Of a stretch of DNA of 64,000 nt, positions 24,396 to 32,909 are shown in pieces (position 1 is the first letter of the stretch; each line of letters opens with the position of its first letter). The notes beneath the pieces were generated by a model. That model had not been told where the DNA came from and did no database searches. It worked only from the letters and a program-made list of their open reading frames with translations. Position numbers and translations under genes: made by a program. This stretch comes from Minisyncoccota bacterium (GTDB taxonomy: Bacteria > Patescibacteriota > Minisyncoccia > Phycocordibacterales > Phycocordibacteraceae), in NCBI GenBank assembly GCA_038106525.1, contig JAYOEC010000001.1:24876-88875 (forward strand), in the 5' to 3' direction.

Positions 24396-24590
24396 AGGGA
24401 AGTCTGAAAACCACTTACGAATTCAATTACTTAACACTTGCTCAGTGTTGCTTGTGTTGTGATGCAAGTTGTCAATGAACTGTTTATAAGGATCAAAAAA
24501 GGCCGCTGGTGGCGGCCTTCGCTGTACCCAACACGAGTTACCGCGATTTCCGCCTGGTGCCTCTAGTGATCGTACTCATAAACTTTACTT

Positions 24591-24619
24591 AGTATACTCC
24601 CCTCCTCAAATACTGTCAA
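24591..24619 (-). promoter_or_regulatory. sigma70 promoter of 23S-5S unit
   Basis: TTGACA-17 nt-TATACT, with boxA-like GTTCATTGACAA downstream (about 24469-24480). Confidence 0.8.
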
Positions 24620-24693
24620 GATGGAGCGCCGCGGCTCTATTGAGCCACAGCGCTCCATGAACTGCCTGGAAATCCACCGAAATATCCCCAAAT

Positions 24694-24720
24694 AAAAACC
24701 CCCGCAAAGCGGGGGTTTTT
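24694..24720. terminator. Bidirectional intrinsic terminator
   Basis: AAAAACCCCCGC-aaa-GCGGGGGTTTTT. Confidence 0.85.
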
Positions 24721-24733
24721 GAGTCGAGGACTG

Positions 24734-25420
24734 CTACTTGTGTCCGATATCGCCACGGATCTTCTCGATATAGCGAGCGGCTGCATCCTGGCCACCGAGG
24801 CCGAACGCAAGACCAAGCGCAAGCGAGATTGCCACAACAACGCCGGTGAACAATGTCTGGATAAACCCAGACGCAACCTGCAGTTGATCCAACGCCGCAA
24901 GGACTGCAAAAATCCAGATCGCCCACTTGGCTACCGAACCTGCAAGACCAGCTGACTTGACCTCTGCAGCGCGCGCCGCACCTGCAACCACATCGCGCGC
25001 AAGCTCTGCGAGCACTGCGCCGACAAGGATAAAGAGCACCGCGACAATCACCTGCGGGAGGTACGAGAGCACTACATCGCTCAAGAACGCGTTTACTTGA
25101 TTCAAGCCAAGTACATCAAGCGACGCGACCAAAAATCCAATAATCACAAACCACTTCACCAACATACCGACGAACGCACCCGAGTTCATCGAGAACCCGG
25201 CCCGCTCGACCACATCATTAAGACCAGTCGATTTAAGTGCACTATCAAGCTTCAAAGACTTGAGTACCTGCTCGATCACCTTTTGCAGTGCGGCGCCAAT
25301 GAGCCAACCGACAACAAAGATGATTACTGCGACAATAATGTTGGGGATGTATGCGACAATGCCGAACCAGAGGCTCTGGAACGACCCCGTCAGCACATCC
25401 GCCCATGTTTGTATAAGCAT
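24734..25420 (-). CDS. TM-helix-repeat / CmpX-type mechanosensitive-channel-related membrane protein
   Basis: Two YxP.IIVAV repeats; ALGLAFGLGG C-terminus. Confidence 0.8.
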   Translation of the reverse strand: MLIQTWADVLTGSFQSLWFGIVAYIPNIIVAVIIFVVGWLIGAALQKVIEQVLKSLKLDSALKSTGLNDVVERAGFSMNSGAFVGMLVKWFVIIGFLVASLDVLGLNQVNAFLSDVVLSYLPQVIVAVLFILVGAVLAELARDVVAGAARAAEVKSAGLAGSVAKWAIWIFAVLAALDQLQVASGFIQTLFTGVVVAISLALGLAFGLGGQDAAARYIEKIRGDIGHK

Positions 25421-25534
25421 TGCTGTACGAATTACTTTACTAAAAACTTGCTAAGGAGCCCTCGGGGGGCTGCTACCACCATAGCACTTCTGTGCAAAAC
25501 ACGGTGGAGATGCTGTGGAGTACGGATTCCTCTG

Positions 25535-26110
25535 CTAGAGGGTTGGCATCCTACCAAACGCGATGCGGTGTTTAAAATCAAGTACATCTCGAATAAGGCG
25601 GTCGTATGCCTCCTTTCGAGACGCAAACTCTGCAGGCTCAAGGATTGCATAGCGGATGGGGATCACGGTCATTGCTTCAAGCTTGCGAACTGCAAGTGCA
25701 ATCTTTGGATCCCGAGGCTTGCGCGCGATAATAATGAGCTCCGCGGAACTGCGCGGCTCACCAACAAGGTGCCCAGCGGTAATTACCGCGACAACAGAGG
25801 ACACTCGACGAAATGCGTCTGCAACAACCCGATCAGTAGGAGCCGTGGTGGTTTCAAGGAATTCAGACAATCCTGAAGAAAATGGATGCGAGGAATCCCA
25901 CTCGTATTGCACGCCGCCTCTCCCTGCAGTTGACCGGAGCACTTCGAGCTTCGCAAGTGCTGCCATTTCTCGCTGCACCTCAATCCGCGGGGCACTGATG
26001 AGCCCCGCAACCTCGCGCGAAGTGTATGTATGTTCCGGCTGAAGTGCAAAAAATTTGATGATCCTGATGCGGAGCGGCGAGCTAAATAGTCTCGCAAGAT
26101 TTCTGAACAT
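25535..26110 (-). CDS. Winged-HTH protein with C-terminal degenerate nucleotidyltransferase-like domain
   Basis: LFSSPLRIRIIKFF, REVA, VQREMAAL HTH; C-terminal AGHL...AELIII..KLE..IRYAIL pattern. Confidence 0.65.
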   Translation of the reverse strand: MFRNLARLFSSPLRIRIIKFFALQPEHTYTSREVAGLISAPRIEVQREMAALAKLEVLRSTAGRGGVQYEWDSSHPFSSGLSEFLETTTAPTDRVVADAFRRVSSVVAVITAGHLVGEPRSSAELIIIARKPRDPKIALAVRKLEAMTVIPIRYAILEPAEFASRKEAYDRLIRDVLDFKHRIAFGRMPTL

Positions 26111-26146
26111 AGCCTCGCTATTCTACCCGAGAGCCGCCACAGAATC

Positions 26147-26180
26147 AAAAAAACGCCCCAGCATCAGCTGGGGCGTTTTT
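26147..26180. terminator. Intrinsic terminator after rplL
   Basis: AAAAAAACGCCCCAGC-atca-GCTGGGGCGTTTTT. Confidence 0.85.
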
Positions 26181-26195
26181 GAAACACATACCTGG

Positions 26196-26561
26196 CTACG
26201 CGAGCTCAACTTTTCCGCCCGCTGCCTCGACTGATGCCTTTAGGGCCTCAGCATCCTCCTTCTTCACTCCCTCCTTGAGGACCGCTGGAGCACCGTCAAC
26301 AAGGTCCTTTGCTTCCTTAAGACCGAGCGCAAGTGCCTCCTTAACTACCTTAATAACTGCAATTTTTTGTGCGCCACCATCAACTAGCTTTACGGTAAAG
26401 GTGGACTTTGCTTCGCCTGCATCCGCTGCAGCACCCGCCGCAGGAGCTGCTGCAACGGCAGTTGCTGAGACGCCCCATTTCTCCTCAATTGCTTTCACGA
26501 GCTGATTGAGCTCGATAACGGTCATCTTTTCAACTGCTGCAATAATTTCGTCTTGTGACAT
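26196..26561 (-). CDS. rplL: 50S ribosomal protein L7/L12
   Basis: [23 protein letters not shown]. Confidence 0.98.
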   Translation of the reverse strand: MSQDEIIAAVEKMTVIELNQLVKAIEEKWGVSATAVAAAPAAGAAADAGEAKSTFTVKLVDGGAQKIAVIKVVKEALALGLKEAKDLVDGAPAVLKEGVKKEDAEALKASVEAAGGKVELA

Positions 26562-26567
26562 ACTGCA

Positions 26568-27068
26568 CTATTTAATTTTTATTACCTCACCAAGCGCTAT
26601 CGCAAAGCGCTGGATCGGTGAATTGATAACATTCACGAACATGCCGCGCAGAATCGGAGTCGGTGGAATCGTAGCAACCGATTTCGTATCTTGTTCGGAA
26701 AGAAATGAACCCTCGATAATACCTCCTACTAAGGACAGCTTGTCCTTAAACTTTTTAACGAACGCATGGACCCCGCGCGCAGGTGCGGTGACATCTACGC
26801 CATCACTCTTCGGGACAATGGCGATCGCAATCTCGCCGGGCATCGCGGGCGTATCGCCAGTAACTGATGCCGCCGCAAACGCGCGTTCGAGCAATGTCTT
26901 TTTTATGACAGTGAACTTTACCTGCTCTTTGCGAAGTTCAGCTCGAAGTTCAGCTGCTTCGGCTACCGTTAACCTGCTGAAGCTCACGATGGCCGCTGCT
27001 GCGGCATGCTTCAAAAGCTCGGTCATCGATTCGATTTGCGTTGCTTTTTTCTGTTTAGTAATTGCCAT
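26568..27068 (-). CDS. rplJ: 50S ribosomal protein L10
   Basis: MAITKQKK, LTV...ELR, VIKKTL; directly upstream of rplL. Start ATG 27068. Confidence 0.95.
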   Translation of the reverse strand: MAITKQKKATQIESMTELLKHAAAAAIVSFSRLTVAEAAELRAELRKEQVKFTVIKKTLLERAFAAASVTGDTPAMPGEIAIAIVPKSDGVDVTAPARGVHAFVKKFKDKLSLVGGIIEGSFLSEQDTKSVATIPPTPILRGMFVNVINSPIQRFAIALGEVIKIK

Positions 27069-27114
27069 GATGTATCGTGTTACTCGATATATCCAAACCA
27101 GCTTGCTGGTTTGG

Positions 27115-27200
27115 GGGTGCGCACGATGGGGAGAGCGACCTCGGCAGGTCTTGTATCCAGCTTGAGCCAGATTGCCTGCTGTCTCTAGTCGTGCGTACCG
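27115..27200 (-). ncRNA. L10 leader (ribosomal protein autoregulatory RNA)
   Basis: GAGACAGCAGG...CCTGCCGAGGTC core closed by GGTACGCACGA/TCGTGCGCACC stem, upstream of rplJ. Confidence 0.75.
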
Positions 27201-27320
27201 CAACAATACCAGAGGAACACCTTTTATGCAACTCCGCCGAGCGCGACAAGCGCCCCGAAGGCGCACAATATGATGAACGCAAAGGCAATCAAAAAACGGT
27301 AAAATCCTGGGCCGACCATA

Positions 27321-28079
27321 CTAGAGTTTCGCGAGCTCGACATTGATCTGCGATACTAGCTCGATGTTCCCAGCTGCGCGCGCAGTATCAAGCGCCCGCA
27401 AAAAAGCCTCGCGCGCGCCTGCAGGGCGATTCGTGTCGCGGAAGTATGCCCCAAGCGTAAAGGCAAATCCAGCATCACCTGGGAAATGAGCTTCGGCCTC
27501 TGCCATGGTGGCAAATGCCTTCTGCTCATTCTTCAGCGACAGTGTGTACAGCTGAAAGAGTTCAACATACGGCACAGTTGATTCTGGATTGATTTTTTTT
27601 GATTCAAGAAAGTACTGCTCCGCTTTGGAGAAATCCCTAAGGGCAAAGTGGTACAACTTCCCGAGATTATCGAATGCGGTGGTGTCATTCGGCGCGACGC
27701 GGGTCATGAACTCCCACACTGCCCGCGCTCCATCATAATCATTTGCCGCATGGTACCAGAGCGCAAGATTCAGCCATGCGCCCGCATCGGTCTTGTCCGC
27801 GCGAAGAATGACCCGTGCTTCTTCGGCGCGCTGCTCGATGGTCACGCGGATCTCCGGAGGAACTGTTGGTGAAAATTGGACTGGGCGTTCAATGTCTGGG
27901 ATCGCATCGCTCTCATCGATGGCAACCTGCTCAATGGTGTAACCAGGTCCGCGGACAACTCCGTCTTCAGCATCAACCGATACTGCTGCCGGCAAAGCAC
28001 CGCCCTGGAACCAGTACCAACCGCCGAGAATCGCAAGGATACACACCGCCCCTGCGCCGAGCATGTATTTCTTGTACAT
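27321..28079 (-). CDS. Membrane-anchored tetratricopeptide-repeat protein
   Basis: N-terminal TM helix; AWLNLA, AFDNLGKLY, FTLGAY..A TPR patterns. Confidence 0.8.
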   Translation of the reverse strand: MYKKYMLGAGAVCILAILGGWYWFQGGALPAAVSVDAEDGVVRGPGYTIEQVAIDESDAIPDIERPVQFSPTVPPEIRVTIEQRAEEARVILRADKTDAGAWLNLALWYHAANDYDGARAVWEFMTRVAPNDTTAFDNLGKLYHFALRDFSKAEQYFLESKKINPESTVPYVELFQLYTLSLKNEQKAFATMAEAEAHFPGDAGFAFTLGAYFRDTNRPAGAREAFLRALDTARAAGNIELVSQINVELAKL

Positions 28080-28108
28080 ATCGAGCAGTGTACCAAACAT
28101 CAGGCAAA

Positions 28109-28138
28109 CAAAAAATCCCGCCGAAGCGGGATTTTTTG
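28109..28138. terminator. Intrinsic terminator after S-layer-like gene
   Basis: AAAAAATCCCGC-cgaa-GCGGGATTTTTT. Confidence 0.85.
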
Positions 28139-28181
28139 CGTTGGGTCTTCAATCCCAACCGAACTCGGGTAATCCGAAGGA

Positions 28182-31100
28182 TTACTGCGAGCGGGTCTGG
28201 GTCAGGCCGCCTGATGGGAGGCCGAGGACACCATAACCACTGGTCCAGTCCTGATCACCGCGGATAGCCGTCGTGGTCGAGTTAGGCGACCAGATGAAGC
28301 TTTCTGTGGTGAGTGAGGCTGCAGCAAGGAGCGGGTTAGCCGACACGCCTGCTGAAGTCGACGGGAATGTAGAGTCGCCAAGGAGCTTGGTGGTTGCCGA
28401 TGCGCCTGATGTAGCGCCTGCAACTGAACCGCGAACCTCGAAGTATCTCGTCTGTCCTGCCGGAACCTGGATAACTGTAGCCGCAGCCGCCGAGGTCTGT
28501 ACAGCTACCTCGACATTGCCAGACGCCGGAACTGCGTTATCCGATGCCTCAAGCTGGCCGTTTGACGACACGCCTGAGATCGGTACCGAGTATCCAGAGT
28601 CGGTAAAGCCGTAGATGTTGACATTGGTGACATTGAGGGTCGTGGTCGCGAGGTTCACATTGAACTCCGTGATTCCGATCGAGCCCTTAGCGTCAGCCGT
28701 AACCTTGAAGCGGAGAAGCTTGCCGTCGTTAACGCCAGTACCCGAAAGGGTGTCAAGCGCAACGGTCGGGAACGACTTCATGACGCGCGTGCCGGAGACC
28801 GAAGTCGAGCCGGACGGGAAGATGGTGGTACCAGATGACTGACCAACACCCTCTGCATTCAAGAAGTTGACCGCAACCAAGTGGCCCGAGAAGGTCACTG
28901 ACTGCGATGTACCGACATCAGCAAGATCAAGCTTGACCGTGAGCGTCTTGTCCACATCCTTGGTGAGTGTCACCGGGGTTGTGAAGGTCGAAGTCGCGGT
29001 AGTAGCCGAACCGACGAAGTACGCCTCGCCAACCTTGGTTGCGCCGTCGTAGATCGACGCCTTAACCAGATCGCCTGCCGAAGACGAAGCGGTGTTCGTC
29101 AAGGTAAGGCCGAGCTTGGTGAGCGAAATGTTCTCGTTCGATGCGCGAAGGCGGAAGACGCCGTTCGTAACATCGGTCGATCCTGCAGAAGCGATTGCGT
29201 ACGAAGGCGATGAAGCATCCGTTGCAATAGTTGCTGATGCAGAACCGATGGTGACCGTAATCGTGCTGTCCGAAGCATCTGAACCGGTGATGGTCGTGCC
29301 TGAGGTTGCACCCGTAAAGGTGTATGCCGAAGCAGAACCCTCATCCCATGCCCAGGTGCCGTTGTTCGTTGCCGAGCCCGAGATATTGCAGCGGACGCCG
29401 AGCGTCTTTACCGTACCCTTGGCAACCGTTACCGGATTGTCAAGCGTAAAGGTCTGCGTCGAGCCGGTCGAGCCGGACGGATTGACCGTGTTTGAACCAG
29501 TGTTCAACGCGGTTGCGCCGTCAAAGATCTGGCAGCCCGTAAGTTCAGTGACAGCTGCGCCGCCGCCGAACGAAAGTGTTGCTGGGATCGAAGAGAAGCG
29601 CACATCCTCACCAGACTGCGTTGCATCGAACTGGAAGTTGGTGAAGAGCACCGATGAACCGCCAGAAACGATGGTCTGCGAAGCCGGAGATGATGCGTTG
29701 CCGATCGAGACCGAGCCGGCCTTGATCGTCATGGTGTTCATCGTCACTGCCGACGAGAATGTCGAGAGCGAGATGGTGTTACCCGAGACATCGCCGCGGA
29801 TGTTCGACCAGTCCGAAGACGGAGTCGTTGACGCGATGATGGTCACACCGCCAGAGACAGTCGACGGCAGCTTACCCTTCAGGGTATAGACGCCGCGGCC
29901 AGTCTTGTAGGTGACCGAGTCAGTAAAGGTAACTTTCTGTGCAACACCGCTGACATTGACGCCGTCAACAGGGCCCGCAACAACTGTTCCGTTCTGGTCG
30001 ACCAAAGTCACATTCGTGAGAAGGTTCGATGAAGCCGAGCCAGATGAGTAGTTGAAGTAGAAGACCTGCGACTGGACCGTCATTGCCTCGCCCTTCAAGT
30101 CAACAACAAACCCGCCGAGCGGCTGGTTCGGGACATTGATGGCGACATTCTGTGCAGGCACCTCGTTAGCCTTCGAGATGGTCGTGACCGACGCACCCGA
30201 AACAGTAACCTGTGCTGCATAGATGTACGGAGTACCAGTGGTCTCAGTACCAGTGCCACGCGAGCCCGGAACTGACGATGCGCCCGTGGTTGACGGCGAG
30301 ATGCCGTAACCATAAGTCTCGCCGGTGCCGAAGATATCCGTTGTCTTGTCGACATCGAAGATCACCGTGCGGCCAGATGCGTTCGAGCCGATGATGTCGG
30401 CCTGAACATAGACATCGATCTGATTACCCTTTCCGATAACCACGCCATTGCCGAAGGTTGAAGTGTAGTACTTGCCATCTGCAGAGAGGGTGGTCGGGTA
30501 CGAAACGCCGTTCACCACGGTGACGACATTCGCAAGATCGGTCGACGACACAGAACCGGTCTGGTTCCAGGTGATCGACTTCAAGCGGACATCCTCAGCC
30601 GAGCCTGCCGTGAGGCGGAAGCCGGTGAACTTGTGATTCGTAGTGCCGATCTCCTTGGTCGAGTTCGAGTTCGAAGCGAACGCGTTCGACATATCAAGTG
30701 AGAGCGTACCAACTGCAAGCGTTGCGTTGTTGACATTGTACGCACCCGTAATTGGGAGCGAGCCGGTTACGGTTGCTGATGTGTTAACACCAATCACCGC
30801 AATTGCCGGAGCTTCACCCGCGTACGAGTTAAGCGACGATGCCATGTTGCCCGCGACCAAGAAGGTCTTCGAGGTTCCCCTCGGGATCGTCATGGTCTGA
30901 CCGATAGCTGCTTGGTTGTTCGAGTTGAACGACTTTGCAGTACCGATCTGAACGCCCGTAGCCTCGTCAACAAGGACGACGCCAGCGAACGCTGCGTTTG
31001 AGCCAAGACCAACGCGCTGCACCTGGATCGAGCTCACCGTAACATCTCCGTCATTGCCCGCAGTCAAGATGAAGCGGGTGAACGGAACGCGCGATGCGCC

Positions 31101-31655
31101 CTCAGGCGAGAGTGCGTTTGCCGGCTGCGTACCTGCAGTAACCGAAAGGCCAGTGCCTGCCGGAGTCGGGGTCGACGGAGTCGACGGACTTGATGCTGCG
31201 AACGCTGCCTGCGAAATCGGGCCGAAGTAGCCAGCCGCAGGAGAAACTCCCTTAGCTGCCTGCCATGCCTTCACTGCAGATTGCGTCTGAGCACCGAAGT
31301 AGCCCGTTGCGCCTGCCGGAATCGAGTAGCCCATCGAGATGAGAGCGTTCTGGAGGCAGGTCACATCGGCTCCTGAAGAACCGAGAGTCAAGCTGCGCGT
31401 AAAGGTGCACGAGCTTGACGGGGTTGACGGCGTAGACGGAACTGACGGGGTTGAACCCGTGAGCGACGCCTGGACATTTGCAATCGTGGTCGAATCAGCC
31501 CCGAAAGACTGAAGGAGCGACACGATCGCATCAATCTGGCTCTGCGTAAGCGCTGCTGCCTCTGCGCGAGGAGCTGCTACGAAAGCCACCGCAACCATGA
31601 GCGAGAGAGCAACGAATGCCGCTGCAATCTTCGCCGTAGATTGTGTAAGAGTCAT
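28182..31655 (-). CDS. Large secreted S-layer-like protein with N-terminal peptidoglycan-binding domain
   Basis: Signal peptide (AEA), FTRSLTLGSSGADV..LQ..L...GYFG..T..AVKAWQ (PG_binding_1-like), Ser/Thr/Gly-rich beta repeats, strong codon bias. Confidence 0.8.
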   Translation of the reverse strand: MTLTQSTAKIAAAFVALSLMVAVAFVAAPRAEAAALTQSQIDAIVSLLQSFGADSTTIANVQASLTGSTPSVPSTPSTPSSSCTFTRSLTLGSSGADVTCLQNALISMGYSIPAGATGYFGAQTQSAVKAWQAAKGVSPAAGYFGPISQAAFAASSPSTPSTPTPAGTGLSVTAGTQPANALSPEGASRVPFTRFILTAGNDGDVTVSSIQVQRVGLGSNAAFAGVVLVDEATGVQIGTAKSFNSNNQAAIGQTMTIPRGTSKTFLVAGNMASSLNSYAGEAPAIAVIGVNTSATVTGSLPITGAYNVNNATLAVGTLSLDMSNAFASNSNSTKEIGTTNHKFTGFRLTAGSAEDVRLKSITWNQTGSVSSTDLANVVTVVNGVSYPTTLSADGKYYTSTFGNGVVIGKGNQIDVYVQADIIGSNASGRTVIFDVDKTTDIFGTGETYGYGISPSTTGASSVPGSRGTGTETTGTPYIYAAQVTVSGASVTTISKANEVPAQNVAINVPNQPLGGFVVDLKGEAMTVQSQVFYFNYSSGSASSNLLTNVTLVDQNGTVVAGPVDGVNVSGVAQKVTFTDSVTYKTGRGVYTLKGKLPSTVSGGVTIIASTTPSSDWSNIRGDVSGNTISLSTFSSAVTMNTMTIKAGSVSIGNASSPASQTIVSGGSSVLFTNFQFDATQSGEDVRFSSIPATLSFGGGAAVTELTGCQIFDGATALNTGSNTVNPSGSTGSTQTFTLDNPVTVAKGTVKTLGVRCNISGSATNNGTWAWDEGSASAYTFTGATSGTTITGSDASDSTITVTIGSASATIATDASSPSYAIASAGSTDVTNGVFRLRASNENISLTKLGLTLTNTASSSAGDLVKASIYDGATKVGEAYFVGSATTATSTFTTPVTLTKDVDKTLTVKLDLADVGTSQSVTFSGHLVAVNFLNAEGVGQSSGTTIFPSGSTSVSGTRVMKSFPTVALDTLSGTGVNDGKLLRFKVTADAKGSIGITEFNVNLATTTLNVTNVNIYGFTDSGYSVPISGVSSNGQLEASDNAVPASGNVEVAVQTSAAAATVIQVPAGQTRYFEVRGSVAGATSGASATTKLLGDSTFPSTSAGVSANPLLAAASLTTESFIWSPNSTTTAIRGDQDWTSGYGVLGLPSGGLTQTRSQ

Positions 31656-32038
31656 ACCGTGAATAACAACTTAGTAATTACTAATCTAATAAGATGCACA
31701 ACTAATTCCATTCCCTCGCGGCGCGCACAACACTACTAATGCGCAGCAAGGTCGAATGGCTAAGAAATGTAAGGTTCGGCTATCGTCCAATCATTGCAGA
31801 ACATTGCTTCCGAAACAGGAATTCAAAACCCAAAACCAAGAATACTTTTCTTCCGTATATGAAACTGTCAAAGTGCAACACCGCAGTACCCTGTGGGGAA
31901 CCGCAGTACCTCTCAGTATACCGAAGCCGAAGCCCATGGGCTGAGGTCTTGGTACCCTGAGGTGTGGATTACACGCAGTACAAAACGACCGCACCGCGGT
32001 CGCTAGACCTTATTGAGGCGTGTTGTGCCACAGGGAGC

Positions 32039-32067
32039 ATCGTATCTCAAAATAGCGCAAAAAGCAA
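32039..32067 (-). promoter_or_regulatory. Candidate sigma70 promoter of S-layer-like gene (implies a leader of about 375 nt)
   Basis: TTGCTT-17 nt-TACGAT just after the stop of the upstream gene. Confidence 0.45.
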
Positions 32068-32070
32068 CGG

Positions 32071-32784
32071 CTATCGCTCCACCCTTCGATAAGTACTCCA
32101 CCGGCGCTCGCCCTCCTTTAGTAAGATCCCACTCTCAACCATTGCAAGAAGTTCGCGCTGAATGGTCTTTGAGGAAACCCCGTTCGCTGCCTGCATGGCG
32201 TCCTGAATACTGATACGGTCCTTCGTTTCGAAAAGCTTCAATATTTCAGCCCTCCTTCCTTGGTCTGCCCCATGTCCGATACTAACACGGTCTATAGATG
32301 TCCTTTTGACTGTCCTAAATATACTTCTGTCCTTTTGTCCTTTATGTTCAGTTCCTCCAAGGACGGTAGTTGGCGGTAAAAGGACATCTGCTACCGGTAC
32401 GATTCCGTGCACATAAGTTGCAAGTTTCGCATACTCTTCCCCAATCAAATTAGCGTTCATTGACGAGACCAACCCAGCGTCTCTTGCCGCCTGAAGAAGT
32501 GCGGTCATTTGGATGGTGAGCTGCTCGAACTCCCGACCCCCCGCCTCCTCCTCAATCGAAGGCGCCACCGATAGTTTAAGAATCGCAAGCGCAGTGGACC
32601 GAATCTCGACCCGAAGGGGTTCAGCCTGCTGAATAAAATTCGTTACCACATGTACTGCCGCAAGGAGTCGTTCTGACTTCCGGATTGCGAAGATCCTCCC
32701 AGGACTGAGTCGAAGAGATATCTGTTCAATGAGGTCCTTCTTGTCATCCCCATTCGCTAAAGCGTCTTTTATGTTGTCTGTCAT
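32071..32784 (-). CDS. Four-helix-bundle-like domain fused to C-terminal DeoR-type HTH
   Basis: RRAEIL...VSSKTIQRELLAMVESG..KEGERRWSTY HTH; helical N-terminal half. Confidence 0.7.
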   Translation of the reverse strand: MTDNIKDALANGDDKKDLIEQISLRLSPGRIFAIRKSERLLAAVHVVTNFIQQAEPLRVEIRSTALAILKLSVAPSIEEEAGGREFEQLTIQMTALLQAARDAGLVSSMNANLIGEEYAKLATYVHGIVPVADVLLPPTTVLGGTEHKGQKDRSIFRTVKRTSIDRVSIGHGADQGRRAEILKLFETKDRISIQDAMQAANGVSSKTIQRELLAMVESGILLKEGERRWSTYRRVER

Positions 32785-32909
32785 GTGACTCATACACGCT
32801 GGTGCGGATCTATAGGACACAAGGTACTCTTGCCCGCCCGGTAGGTCAAATAAGGCGCAATCAACACAAGCTGAGGAGTTAAGCGGTTCACCGATGCTAC
32901 ACTACAGTT

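Noticed and set aside
24620-24690. Possible tRNA-Ala or tmRNA (GGGGAT...CTCCA on the minus strand)
   Set aside because: No T-loop (TTCRA), D-loop or cloverleaf; only a simple hairpin.
27069-27266. Extended N-terminus of L10
   Set aside because: The region is better explained by the L10 leader RNA.
28273-30900. Long plus-strand ORFs opposite the S-layer-like gene
   Set aside because: Antisense open frames caused by codon bias; no protein motifs.
31879-31982. CGCAGTAC repeats as a possible CRISPR array
   Set aside because: Only 8-11 bp with irregular spacing, and no cas genes.
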